DNA of 64,000 bases, taken from the NCBI GenBank assembly GCA_038087875.1, contig CM075981.1:2728001-2792000 (forward strand). Direction: 5' to 3'. This document shows, one piece after another, positions 13,322-26,745 of this stretch. Position numbers and translations under genes: made by a program. The DNA is from Malacoraja senta. Taxonomy: Eukaryota. The notes beneath the pieces are model-generated. The model was not told the DNA's origin. It ran no database searches and worked only from the letters and a program-made list of their open reading frames with translations. How positions within the stretch are numbered: the first letter of the stretch is position 1; each line of letters starts with the position of its first letter.

Positions 13322-13927
13322 GTGGTGGGGGTGGGGGGGAGGGGGGGGGGAGAAACATGGTTTTAGTCTCTTCCTAGAAAAATGGTGCAGGGGAGAGAAA
13401 AGACTTTGCCTTCCATCACAGTGAGGAGGAGATTCACTGTGATGGATGTTTTTCTGTAAATTGAATTGTTTGTGTGTCTTGTAGGAATTGTTTTGTTTGT
13501 ATGGCTGTGGAAACGGAGTTTCGTTTGAGCCTCTCTGAGGTTCAAATGACAAGTAATAAAATCTAATCTAATCTTCCTTCGGGGGCTGCGACTTTTACTT
13601 GTCATGTTTTACTTGTCGACTTCGGAGCTGTTACGGCGGCGGCGGCCCGACTTCGGAGGCTCGGCCGTGGGCCCAGTGGACGACAACATCGAAGGCCTGC
13701 ATCGCCTCAGCTCAGAGGGAGAACAAGGAGGGAAGAGACAAAGACTTTAAGACTTTTGCCTTCCATCACAGTGAGGAGGTGCCTGATGAACTCACTGTGG
13801 TGGATGTTAAATTTGTGTTTATTGTGTGTTTTGTTTTGTATTATATGTATGACTGCAAGGCAACGAAATTTTGTTCAAACCGAAAGTTCAGAATGACAAT
13901 AAAGGATACTTTGACTTTTTTGACTTT
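13322..13927 (+). mobile_element. Insertion of two short non-autonomous retroposon 3' ends into Gypsy pol
   Basis: Interrupts DKDNTW|SWYPNHQ with TGGT duplication; each unit has a CCATCACAGTGAG..TCACTGTGRTGG hairpin, AATAAA and a microsatellite tail. Confidence 0.7.
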
Positions 13928-15979
13928 TGGTCTTGGTACCCAAACCACCAGCGAGCTTTCAAAACTTTAAAACTCCAGCTCGCCAGTGCTCCCACTCTGT
14001 CTTACTTCAATATCAACCTGCCAGTTACAATTACCTGCGATGCATCCCAGTATGGACTAGGCGCAGCATGCCTGCATCCTTCAATGGCTATGTCATGCCG
14101 GTATCCTACGCTTTCCGAACCCTGACGGATACCGAACAGCGCTATGCACAGATAGAGAAAGAACTGCTCGCCGTAGTTTTTGCCTGCTCCAAATACAAAG
14201 AATTTATTTTCGGCAAAACGTTCACTGTAGAAACTGATCACCAGCCGTTGGTTACCATCCTGAGCAAGCCGATCCATGCTGCCCCAGCAAGGCTACAACG
14301 CATGATGATGCAGCTACAACGGTTCGATTTTTGCATTGTCTACAAAAAAGGTAAAGAAATGCACATCGCAGACACTCTATCTCGAGCACCACGCGCCACC
14401 AGCGAACAACACTCATACGAACAGGAAGAATTTTCCGTTCTGAAAGTCTCGTTCGTTCCAACTGACCGCCTGCGCCACGTAGCCGATCACACTTCCGCAG
14501 ACAAAACCTCCCAGTTGCTAACTTCAATCATTAAAGGCGGCTGGCCAAACAAGTAGTCCAACACTCCCTCCGAACTACAACCCTACGTTTCGGTACGTGT
14601 CGAACTCGTACGACGGTGTGATAGTGAAGGGTCACAAGACGGTCATCCCTCCCCTTTCTGCGAAATGAGTATTATGAGGAGACCCACGGTGGCCATCCAG
14701 GCGTTGAAGCCACCCTACAGCGCGCTAAACAAATAATCTATTGGCCCGGAAGGACCAAGTACATTCGGGAAAAAACTGAATTATGCGCGATCTGTAACAG
14801 ACAGGCGCCACACCGGCAAAAACAACCGCTGCTGTCCCAACTTGCCCCCTATCTACCACGGTCGTCAGTGGCTGCCGATATCTTCGACTGGCACGGGAAG
14901 CACTATCTCGTGCTAGTGGACTCGTACTCGAGTTGGTTTGAAATCGACTTTCTGCCAACCACCTCTTCAGAAATAGTCATCCAGAAACTCCGACAACACT
15001 TCTCCGTACATGGCATTCCAGCCCGCCTTCAGACTGACAACGGGACACAATTCACCAGCCAGACGTTCAAAGACTTTGCCAAACGGTGGAACTTTCATCA
15101 TGTCACCAGCAGCCCAGAATACCCACAGTCCAATGGACTTGCCGAACGTGCTGTTCGAAGCGCTAAACAACTTATGCAACGCTCCTATCTGGCCAAATCT
15201 GACGTCTACCTGGACCTGTTGAACTTGAGAAATATTGCCAGAGACAATGTTTTAGGCTCTCCAGCCCAGCACCTGATGTCGCGCCGAATGAGACCTCCAC
15301 TGCCTGTGACACAGGATCACTTAAAGCCCAAAGTTTTCAGCCCTGCTGTAGTTCAAAAGTGCGTGCAATCCAATCGAGACGCACAGAAACGTGCCTACGA
15401 CAAAACCAGCAAGCCACAAGCCACTAATCCAAGGCCAAGTGGTTCATCTACAGACAGACAAAGGACATACCGAACTGGGGTTCATCCAACGTTCCTACGT
15501 TGTCGATGTCGGTGGTACCATCTACAGACGCACCGGTCAACACCTCCTTCCAGTGAATGAACGACATCCGGCACTCCAGGGTCCTGACTCACCTCCATTG
15601 AACTTTAAAGTGATCGCTGTTCCAGCCGTTCCAGTACCTGCTGCTGCTACTCCCCGACACTCTCCGCGTCGGTCTGCTTCCCCCTCCCCTTTTGTAACCG
15701 GTTCACCGGCATCCCCGCGACGGCCTTCCCCTACGGTCTCTCCCCAGAGGCCCTTGGGCTCACCCAAAGGTGCCCTCAACGTTTTGGAAGAAAAGGTTGA
15801 CGAGGCAGCTCCTTACTGTAAGAGGACCGGGCGGGTTAGCAAGCCACCTGTCAGATATGGCGACTGTTTAACCGATTATGTTTAGCCAATATTATTAGAT
15901 GTGGCATTTTGCATTTAACAATTTATGTACTCATCGTAGTGATAACGCTTTATCTACTTTTCATATTTAGAAGAAGAGA

Positions 15980-16180
15980 TGTAGATTGGCTATAGCATGT
16001 TAACAAATTAGAATGCTTAGTAATTATAACCCCGCCTAATTATAACATTCATAGTGTAAAATCCTACCCACTGTCTACCAGTTAGAGTAGCAGTGTGAAC
16101 GTGTGATGATCTGCTTAGTAGTTAATGACCTGAACAATAAAGATGCTTGTGCTTCAACCTGTGTGAGTGAACTCTTTCCA
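15980..16180 (+). repeat. 3' LTR (201 bp)
   Basis: Preceded by polypurine tract, followed by TSD CACGG. Confidence 0.95.
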
Positions 16181-16559
16181 CACGGTAAATTATTCTCTTG
16201 GCAATTCTGGCAAATATTTCTACCATTACACTCACGTGTTGGACTCTTCCATTACAGTTGGACAGTTTGTGGAACCGTTCTGTTGTATAAAATGTAATGT
16301 CTATGAATATCATACGCTAATGGCTGGACCTTGGAACTTTGATGTGAACCATTGATTATATAATATTAAATAAAAACATGATTTTTTTAGACTGTCTGCG
16401 ATAGGCTGTAACTTGGCAATTCGGTGGGACTGTTTTCCCGATGTATTCATCTTTGCTTTTCTGTTATAACTGAGGAGACCTTCATGGGATTAGCTGGATT
16501 TGTCTTTGCCTTTGTCAAATCCATTTCCTTTGTGAGTGGTAGGTTGTCATTCAAGCATT

Positions 16560-18480
16560 ATTGGGAACATAGAAAATAGGTGCAGGAGTAGGCCATTTGG
16601 CCTTTTGAGCCAGCACCGCCATTCATTATGATCAGGGCTGATCGTCCAGAATCGGTACCACGTTCTTGCTTTCTCCCCATATCCCTTGATTCCATTATAG
16701 AAACATAGAAACATAGAAATTAGGTGCAGGAGTAGGCCATTCGGCCCTTCGAGCCTGCACCGCCATTCAATATGATCATGGCTGATCATCCAACTCAGTA
16801 TCCCGTACCTGCCTTCTCTCCATACCCTCTGATCCCTTTAGCCACAAGGGCCACATCTAGCTCCCTCTTAAATATAGCCAATGAACTGGCCTCGACTACC
16901 CTCTGTGGCAGAGAGTTCCAGAGATTCACCACTCTCTGTGTGAAAAAAGTTCTTCTCATCTCGGTTTTAAAGGATTTCCCCCTTATCCTTAAGCTGTGAC
17001 CCCTTGTCCTGGACTTCCCCAACATCGGGAGCAATCTTCCTGCATCTAGCCTGTCCAACCCCTTAAGAATTTTGTAAGTATTATCCCCAAGAGCTATATC
17101 TAACTCTCTCTTGAATACATCCAGTGAATTGGCCTCCACTGCTTTCTGTGGCAGAGAATTCCACAGATTCACAACTCTCTGGGTGAAAAACTTTTCATCA
17201 TCTTGGTCCCAAATCACCTACCCCTTCTTCTTAAACTGTGACCTCTGGTTCTGGACTCCCCCAACATGGGGTACATCTTTCAGCAAGTAGCCTGTCCAAT
17301 CCTTTAAGAATTGTATATGTTTCTATAAGAACCCGTCTCATCCTAAATTCCAATTAATATAAGCCCAGTCGATCCATTCTTTCATCATATGTCAGTCCCG
17401 CCATCCCGGGAATTAATCTGGTGAACCTACACTGCATTCCCTCATTAGCAAGAATGTCCTTCCTCAAATCAGGAGACCAAAACTGCACATAATAGTCCAG
17501 GTGCAGTCTCACCAGGGCCCTGTACAACTATATGACCTCGACACAAAATGCTGGAGTAACTCAGCCGGACAGGCAGCATCTGGAGAGAAGGAATGAGTAA
17601 TGTTTCGGGTTGAGACCCTTCTTCAGACTGATGTCAGTCTGAAGAAGGGTCTCAAGTCGAAACGTCACCCATTCCTTCTCTTCAGAGATGCTGCCTGCCC
17701 CGCTAAGTTACTCCAGTGTTTTGTGTCTACCTTCAATTTAAACCAGCATCTGCAGTTCTTTCCTACACATGCTGTAGGACCTCCTTGCTCCAATACTTAA
17801 ATCCTCTCGCTGTGAAGGCCAACATGTCATTACCTTTCTTCACTGCCTGCTATACCTGCATGCTTACTTTCATTGACTGATGTACAAGGACACCTAGGTC
17901 TCATTGCACCTCCCCTTTTTCTAATCTGACACCATTCAGATAATAATCTGCCGCCTTGTTCGTGCCACCAAAGTAGATAAACCTTGTATTTATCCACATT
18001 ATACTGCATCTGCCATGCATCTGCCCACTTACCCAACCGATCCAAATCACCCTGCAGCCTCATAACATCCCCCTAGCAGCTCACACTGCCACCCAGCTTT
18101 GTGTCATCTGCAAACTTGGAGATGTTATATTTAATTCTTCATGTAAATAGTTAATATAGTAAATAACTGGGGTCCCATCACTGTTCCTTGCAGCACCCCA
18201 CTAGTCACGGCCTAACATTCTGAAAAGGACCTGTTAATTCCTGCAGTTATTTCTTGCACATTTTGTACCCGAAACGTCACCCATTCCTTCTCTCCAGAGA
18301 TGCTGCCTCACCAGCTGAGTTACTCCAGCATTTTGTGTCTACCTGTTAATTCCTCCCCTTTGCTTCCTGTCTGCCAACCAGTTCTCTATCCATGTCAGTG
18401 CCCTACCCCCAATACTAGGTGCTTTAATTTTGCTCACTAATCTCTTGTGTGGGACCTTGTCAAAGGCTTTTTGAAAGTCT
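16560..18480 (-). mobile_element. Nested CR1 LINE fragments (young copy about 16695-17078 inside an older copy)
   Basis: CR1 ORF2 C-terminal translations and two 3' tails on the minus strand. Confidence 0.85.
17541..17770. repeat. Palindromic Penelope-derived short element with two opposed hammerhead-like cores
   Basis: Inverted arms of about 90 bp centred at 17631-17632; CTGAAGA..GAAAC cores on both strands. Confidence 0.7.
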
Positions 18481-18997
18481 TACTGAGTTTTAGTCGAGTG
18501 ATTTTGTAGGCCATTTCAGAAGAAACCACTTTGCTCAAACTCAGATGTTGGGCAGACCAGGTAAGCATGGACAGTTTTCTTCCTTCTCAGGCAGTTGTGA
18601 ACGAGTTCAATTTTTCCCAAAAAAATGGTTGGTCTCATGGTTAACATTACTGATGATAGCTTTTTTATCCATATTTAGGTAATTAATTGAATTGAAATTC
18701 CATAACCTTGCATAATTTAAATTTGTGCCATTAGTTCATTAGCTGAGGACTTGCCTATTATGTAAATTGAATTATTATGTAATTATTATTGATTGTATAC
18801 CTTTTGGAATCATATTTACTGCATTGAGCAACTTTTGTGTTTCCTTAAACAGTAACTGGGTTTCAACAACAAAGAAATTATTTAAACTGATAAGTGTACA
18901 AATAATGTTTTATTTTATATCGATGCATGTTTATTTATCGGCCACAGAGATTTGGTGTTGCAGTTAATTATCATTTATTACATTTTCACTTGTTTAG

Positions 18998-19121
18998 ACA
19001 ACTGGACCTTATACATGTGATGAGTTATGATTACACCGGTGGCTGGAACACTTTCACTGGACACCATAGTCCTTTGTTTCGAGGAAGCAAAGATCGTTTC
19101 GACTTTGTGTACTACAATACA
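18998..19121 (+). CDS. chia: Chitinase gene 1 exon
   Basis: tttAG|A..ACA|GTatgt, 124 bp; QLDLIHVMSYDYTGGWNTFTGHHSPLFRGSKDRFDFVYYNT. Confidence 0.95.
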
Positions 19122-19248
19122 GTATGTTTGTAAATTACCATTGTGCATATGTATAGCACTAGCCCTGCCACATTCAAGTTCTATAATGTTTGAATCACTT
19201 TTATAATAGCTTGAAAATGTGCTTAATTTTTCTTGAACTAATTTGCAG

Positions 19249-19431
19249 GCATATACTGTTAATTATTATCGAACCAAAGGTGCACCCAGAAGTAAGCTGA
19301 TAGTTGGAATTCCAACTTATGGACGAAGCTTTAAACTTAGTTCTAGTGATACAAAGGTTGGTGCTCCAGCATCTGGTCCTGGACCGAAAGGCGCAATTAC
19401 GAAAGCAGAAGGTATCCTGGCAAATTATGAG
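19249..19431 (+). CDS. chia: Chitinase gene 1 exon
   Basis: ttgcAG|GCA..GAG|GTgatt, 183 bp; [61 protein letters not shown]. Confidence 0.95.
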
Positions 19432-19949
19432 GTGATTAAACTTGTGTACATTTTTAGTAGAGCCAGGTTACATCAATTCAAGTTGATAATTAGACAGTAA
19501 GTTATTTTATCTGCGTTTGTGCATGGCCAAATTTGTGATGCATGCTACTGCTTTCACATTTTTCACTAGTTTGAGTGACCTATGCTCAATAGGTCACTCC
19601 ATAGACCAAGGACAGAAAACGCTTGTTAGTGGTATACAGACCACCAAACAGCAGTAGGGAGGTTGGGATAGCATTAAGCAGGAAATTAGGGATGCGTGTA
19701 GCAATGGGTGACTTTAATCAACATATAGGTTGGGGTAACCAAATTGGTAACAGTGCTGAGGAAGAGGATTTCCTGGAATGTACACAGGATGGGTTTTTAA
19801 ACCAATATGTAGAGGAACCGACTAGAGGGCAGGCCATCCTTGACTGGGTATTGTGCAAATGAGGAAGGATTAGTTAGCGATATTGTTGTGCAAGACCACT
19901 TGGGCAACAGTGACCATAATATGGTGGAATTCTGCATTAGGATGGAGAG

Positions 19950-21035
19950 TGAGTCAAGAGTGTTTTATTGTCAAGTGTCCTAGATAGAATAATGAAATTC
20001 TTACTTGCTGCAGCACAACAGAGTATGTAAACAGAGTACACTGTAAACAATATGAGAAATGAGAGAGAAAAAAAAGTTCCGTGTGTATATACACTTACCC
20101 ATAAGTACACACATATATATATATATGTATACACATATCCACATACACACACACACACTCAAAAAACAAACAATAGCAGTGCATTAATAATAATAATAAT
20201 AGTCTAATAAAGTTCAGAACTTATTTGAGGTTGTAGTGTTTTATAGCCTGATGGCTGAAGGGAAGAAGCTGTTCCTGAACCTGGACGTTTTCAGGCTCCT
20301 GTACCTTCTTCCCGATGGCAGGGGTGAAATTAGTGTGTGGCCAGGATGGTGTGGGTCTCTGATGATTGTGGCTCGCTTTTTGAGGCAGCGACTCCGATAA
20401 ATCCCTTGATGGTGGGGAGGTCAGAGCCGATAATGGACTGGGCAGTGTTCACAACCTTTTGCAGACTTTTCTGCTCCTGGGCGTTCGTTGCCAAACCAGG
20501 CCATGATGCAACCAATCAATCTGCTCTCTACTGTACACCTGCAGAGGGAAGCGCAGAGACGCAGTTCCATGAGCTTGGTAACCAGCTTGGAGGAGATGGT
20601 GGTATTGAATGCCGAGTAGTCTATAAACAACATCCTGACAGAAGTGTTTTTATTGTCCAAGTGGTCCAGTGCAGAGTAGAGAGCCAGAGATCGCATCCTC
20701 TGTCGACCTGTTGTGACGGTAGGCGAACTGTAATGGGTTGAGGTTCTTGTTGAGGTAGGAGTCGATATGCACCATAACCAACCTCTGAAAACACTTCATC
20801 ACCGTAGACGTTAGTGCCACTGGTTGATAGTCGTTAAGGCATGTCACCTTACTCTTCTTGGGCACTGGTATTATTGATGCCCTCTTAAAGTAGGTGAGAA
20901 CCTCATACCTTAATAATGAGAGGTCGAAAGTGTCTGCAAAAACTTCAGCCAGTTGGTCTGCACAAGTTTTGAGAACTCGACTGGGTATACCATCAGGTCC
21001 AACCGCTTTCCGAGGGTTTACCTCCCTGAAGTGTC
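19950..21035 (-). mobile_element. Rex1/Babar-type LINE, internally deleted
   Basis: [43 protein letters not shown] motifs and 3' tail. Confidence 0.85.
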
Positions 21036-24000
21036 CTGAACTTGAATAAAGGGGACTTTGAGTGTATGAGACGGGAATTGACTGGGATAGACTGGCAAAT
21101 TATATTTAAAGTGTTGACAGTGGAGATGCAATGGTGAAGATTTAAAGACCGCATGGATGAACTCTAGAAATTGTTCATCCCTGTCTGACGAAAACCGGGA
21201 AAGCGGCTGACGAGGGAAGTCAAGGATAGTGTTAAAGCCAAGGAAGAGGCATATAAATTGGCCAAAAGAAGCAGCAGACCAGAAGACCACAAGTGTAGTA
21301 GGGATCGATGTGAATGGTGAGATGCGTAAGGAATTAAAAGTACTGTATTTGAATGTGCGAAGTATAAGAAGTAAAGTAGATGAGCTTGAGGCTCAGATAG
21401 AGGTTGGTAGATATGACATTGTGGGGATTACCGAGACATGGCTGCAGGAGGATCGGGTCTGGGAACTTAATATTCAGGGTTATACATCCTATTGAAAGGA
21501 CAGGCAGGTGAGCACAGGAGGGGGGGTAGCTCTTCTGATGAGGAATGGAATTCAGTCCCTTGCGAGGGAAAAAATATAGGAACTGACGAGGTAGAGTCAC
21601 TGTGGATTCAGTTGACGAATTGCAAAGGCAAGAAGACACTAATTGGTGTTATCTACAGACCCCCAAATAGTAGCCCGGATGTAGGGTGTAAGTTGCAGCA
21701 GGAGTTAAAACTCGCATGTAACAATGGTAATGCCACTGTGGTGATGGGAGATTTCAATATGCAGGTAGACTGGGAAAATCAGGTTGGTTCAGGACCCCAA
21801 GAAAGAGAGTTTGTAGAGTGCCTCCGAGATGGATGCATAGAGCAGCTTGTAATGGAGCCGACCAGATAAAAGGCAATTCTGGATTTAGTGTTGTCCAATG
21901 AACCAAATTTGATAAGAGAACTCGAGGTAAAGGAACCGCTTGGAGGTAGTGATCATAATATGATTAGTTTTAATTTGCAATTTGAGAAGGAGAAGGTTAA
22001 ATTAGAAGTGTCAGTGATGCAGTTGAACAAAGGGGATTATGAAGGCATGAGAGAGGAGCTGACCAAGGTAGAGTGGAAAGGGATACTAGCAGGAATGACG
22101 GTGGAACAGCAATGGCAGGAATTTCTGGGCATAATCCGGAAGACACAGGATCATTTCATTCCAAAAAGGAAGAAAGATTCTATGGGGAGTAGGAGACAAC
22201 CGTGGCTGACAGGAGAAGTTAGGGATAAAATAAAACTAAAAGAAAAGATATATAACACAGCAAAGAGTAGCCGGAAGCCAGAGGATTGGGAAACGTTCAT
22301 AGGACAACAGAAGGATTTATGAAAGGGAAATCATGCTTGACTAATCTTCTGGAATTTTTAAAGGATGCGACAAGTAAAATGGATGAAGGGGAGCCAGTGG
22401 ATGTAGTGTATCTAGACTTTCAGAAAGCCTTTGATAAGGTCTCGCACGGGAGACTGGTGACTAAAATGAGAGCACATGGTATTGGGGGTAGGGTGTTGAC
22501 GTGGATTGGAAATTGGTTGGCAGATAGGAAACAAAGAGTAGGAGTGAACCACAGGACACTGCGGGTCCTTTTCAGACAGGCAGTGGCGAGGAGTGCCACA
22601 AGGCTCGGTGTTGGGGCCGCATCTGTTTACCATATATATTAATGATTTGGAAGAGGGAATTAGGAGCAACACTATCAAGTTTGCGGATGACACAAAGCTG
22701 GGTGGCAGTGTGAACCGTGAAGAGGATGTTAGGAGGTTGCAGGGTGACCTGGACATGTTGAGTGAGTGGCAGATGCGGTATAATATAGATAAATGTGAGG
22801 TTATCATCTTTGGTGGCAAAAACAAGCGGGCAGATTATTATCTCAATGGGGTTAGGTTAGGTAAGGGGGAGGTACAGCGAGACCTGGGTGTCCTTGTACA
22901 CCGGTCACTAAAAGTTGGCGTGCAGGTACAGCAGGCAGTGAAGAAAGCTAATGGAATGTTGGCCTTCATAACAAGAGGATTTCAGTATAGGAGTAGAGAG
23001 GTTCTTTTGCAGTTGTATAGGGCTCTGGTAAGACCACATCTGGAGTATTGCGTACAGCAAAGAGTAGGAGTAAACGGGTCCTTTTCAGAATGGCAGGCAG
23101 TGACTAGTGGGGTACCGCAAGGCTTAGTGCTGGGACCCCAGCTATTTACAATATATATTAATGATTTGGACGAGGGAATTGAATGCAACATCTCCAAGTT
23201 TGCGGATGACACGAAGCTGGGGGGCAGTGTTAGCTGTGAGGAGGGTGCTAGGAGGCTGCAAGATGACTTGGATAGGCTGGGTGAGTGGGCAAATGCATGG
23301 CAGATGCAGTATAATGTGGATAAATGTGAGGTTATCCACTTTGGTGGCAAAAACAGGAAAGTAGACTATTACCTGAATGGTGGCCGATTAGGAAAAGGGG
23401 AGATGCAACGAGACCTGGGTGTCATGGTACACCAGTCATTGAAAGTGGGCATGCAGGTGCAGCAGGCAGTGAAGAAAGCGAATGGTAAGTTAGCATTCAT
23501 AGCGAAAGGATTTGAGTATAGGAGCAGGGAGGTTCTACTGCTGTTGTACAGGGTCTTGGTGAGACCACACCTGGAGTATTGCGTACAGTTTTGGTCTCCT
23601 AATCTGAGGAAGGACATTCTTGCCATGGAGGGAGTACAGAGAAGGTTCACCAGACTAATTCCTGGGATGTCAGGACTTTCATATGAGGAAAGACTGGATA
23701 GACTTGGCTTGTACTTGCTGGAATTTAGAAGATTGAGGGGGGATCTTATAGAAACTTACAATATTCTTAAGGGGTTGGACAGGCTAGATGCAGGAAGATT
23801 GTTCCCGATGTTGGGGAAGTCCAGAACAAGGGGTCACAGTTTAAGGATAAAGGGGAAATCTTTTAGGACTGAGATGAGAAAAACATTTTTTACACACAGA
23901 CTGGTGAATCTCTGGAATTCTCTGCCACATAATGTATTTGAGGCCAGTTCATTGGCTATATTTAAGAGGGAGTTAGATGTGGCTAAAGGGATCAGGGGGT

Positions 24001-26333
24001 ATGGGGAGAAAGCAGGTACAGGATACTGAGTTGGATGATCAGCCATGATCATATTGAATGGTGGTGCAGGCTCGTAGGGCCGAATGGCCTACTCCTGCAC
24101 CAATTTTCTATGTTTTGGTCTCTTAATTTGCGGAAGGACATCCTTGTGATTGAGGCAGTGCAGCTTAGGTTAACAAGATTGATCCCTGGGATGGCGGGAC
24201 TGTCATATGAGGAAAGATTGAAAAGACTAGGCTTGTATTCACTGGAGTGTAGGAGGATGAGGGGTGATCTTATAGAAACATATACAATTATAAAAGGACT
24301 GGACAAGCTAGATGCAGGAAAAATGTTCCCAATGTTGGGCGAGTCCAGAACCATGGGCCACAGTCTTAGAATAAAGGGGAGGCCATTTAAGACTGAGGTG
24401 AGAAAAAACATTTTCACCCAGAGAGTTGTGAATTTATGGAATTCCCATGCCACAGAGGGCAGTGGAGGCCAAGTCACTGGATGGATTTAAGAGAGAGTTA
24501 GATAGAGCTCTAGAGGCTCGTGGAATCGAGGGATATGGGGAGAAGGCAGGCACGTGTTATTGATTGGGGACGATCCAGCCATGATCACAATGAATGGCGG
24601 TGCTGGCTCAAAGGGCCGAATGGCCTCCTTCTGCCCCTAATTTCTATATTTCTAAGACTGGGAAAATTTAGAACTCAACAGAGGAGGACAAAGGGGTTAA
24701 TTAAGAGGGGGGGGATAAAGAGCATGAAAGAAAGCTTGCGGGGAATATAAAAATTGACTACAATTTTCTTTAGGTATGTAAACAGGAAAAGATTAGTGAA
24801 GACAAATGTAGGTCACTTATAGTCAGAGACAGGTGAATTTATATTGGCAAAACAAAGAACTGGCAGAACAGTTAAACAAGTACTTCTGTCTTCAGTAAGG
24901 AAGACACAAACAATCTCCCGAAAATACTAGGGGACTGTGGATATAGTGGGAGGGAGAAACTGAAGGGAATCCACATGTCAGAAAATGTTGTTGGGTAAAC
25001 TGTTGGGACTGGAGGCAGACAAATCCCCAGGGCCTGATGGTCTGCATCCCAGAGTTCCTGTGGACTGGAGAGTGGCCAATGTAACTCCACTTTTTAAGAA
25101 AGGAGAGAGAGCGAGAGAGAGAAAACTAGGAATTATAGACCAGTTAGCCTTCAGGGCTCGAAATTAACGATTGCCCGGGTGCCAATTGCCACCTAACGTC
25201 CCGCCAGGCAACCTAACAGTTGTGTAATTTTGCCCGGCTTGGCAAGCACCCAGGACGCCTGCCGTTCAACGGGCCCCCCTCTCTATATATCCGTCTCCAC
25301 CCGCCATCCGTGTCCGGGTCTCCACTCTCCACCGCTCCATATCCACCGGCACAGCCGGCCGCCTTGCACATGCGCACTGCCACGGCCAGCACATCCTCCC
25401 CCTGCACATGCACACAACCACGGCCAGCACATCATCGGCCGCCCTGCACATGCGCACTGCCATGGCAACTGGTCGGCGCCAGGCACTTTCTCCCTCCCTT
25501 TGCATTGTGGGAGATCTGGCCGCCTCGCCGCGACCGCTGAAAACCAATGCAGAATCACTCCCTGGAGCTGGAGTAACTCCCTGGAGTAACTCTTGCTTAT
25601 TGGTTTCCTGATCCTCCAAAAATATTCTAAATGGAATTTAAACGAGGTGGTGGAGGGTCCATCACCAAACACCAAACTCTGAACAATAACAGCCTATAGC
25701 ACTTTATCTGTTTATTTATTGTGTATATATATGGTCTATGGTATATAAACACACTGAACTTTTATCTCCTGTTCTGTATTATGTTTACATATTCTGTTGT
25801 GCTGCAGCAAGCAAGAATTTCATTGTCCTATCTGGGACACATGACAATAAAACTCTCTTGACTTGGACTTGAGCAAAAAAGGGTTCTTGGGGGAAAAAAG
25901 AGCTCCCTTAAATTTAGTTGCATCTGGTTGGGTAACTATGGTAGGGTGAAGACTATTCCATGCTTTAGTTTATCCGGGAAAATTCCATGGAGCAGCCAGC
26001 ATCTGTGGATAGAAGAAATTGGGTGACGTTTCGCCCGTAGAGACCCTTCTTTAGACTCCCTCTGGTTTTAGTGTTTTTAGTTTAATTTAAGGAAACAGCG
26101 TGGAATCAGGCCCTTCGGCCCACTGAGTCCACGCCGACCACCGATCACCCGTACACTAGTTCTATCCGACACATTAGTGACGTAAGTCAAGAGTGTTTTA
26201 TTCTCTCACGTCCCAGTTAGAACAATGAAATCCTTACTGCAGCACAACAAATATGTAAACATAGTACTCTGTAAACAATGTTATAAATGAGAAAATAAAA
26301 GTGTATTTTTATATATGAATATATAACTATATA

Positions 26334-26745
26334 TCTATATATTTAAAACTCTGTGTGTGTGTGTGTTTCTGCCTGTCTTGTGGCTGCCAGCCTTCCTTTG
26401 ATTCCTTGCTACGCCAACACCACACGCAGAAACGCAGAGATCTTTTCCATTTCGGTAGAGATTTCACTTTTCATTCCAAGTATCCACTCCTGATTAAATT
26501 TCGTCGTGTTTATGTAAACTTTTTAAATAAAATCCTTCTTCCACCCCCCACCACTCACTCATTTTGTCTCCTGCTGGCCAGACACCATAACGGCTGCTGC
26601 CGCCCGGCTCTACTCCAAAAACGACGGCATTTTTGTTTTCCGCTAGCGATTTTCGCCCCGGGGTCTGAAGCACGTTCGGGCTCTAAAACCCCAGGGTCTG
26701 AAGCACGTTCGGTGTCCAGACCCAACAGGTCTGCACTTGGTCTAG
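26334..26745 (+). mobile_element. Complete non-autonomous Helitron-like element (412 bp)
   Basis: A|TCTATATATTTAAAACTC start; CAGACC-CAACA-GGTCTG hairpin; CTAG|T end; no TSD. Confidence 0.75.

Larger units (their letters stand above)
10832..16180 (+). mobile_element. Full-length Gypsy (Mag-like) LTR retrotransposon with disrupted gag-pol
   Basis: LTRs at 10832-11034 and 15980-16180 (TG..CA); TSD CACGG at 10827-10831 and 16181-16185; PBS TGGTGTCAGAA; PPT AGAAGAAGAGA; CCHC knuckle, protease DTGA, RT IVDDIL, RNase H CDASQYGLGA, integrase (TDNG, YPQSNGLAER). Confidence 0.96.

Noticed and set aside
22593-24029. 478-aa ORF with a duplicated RT region
   Set aside because: In-frame junction of two CR1 copies at about 23056; not a host gene or a novel tandem-RT protein.
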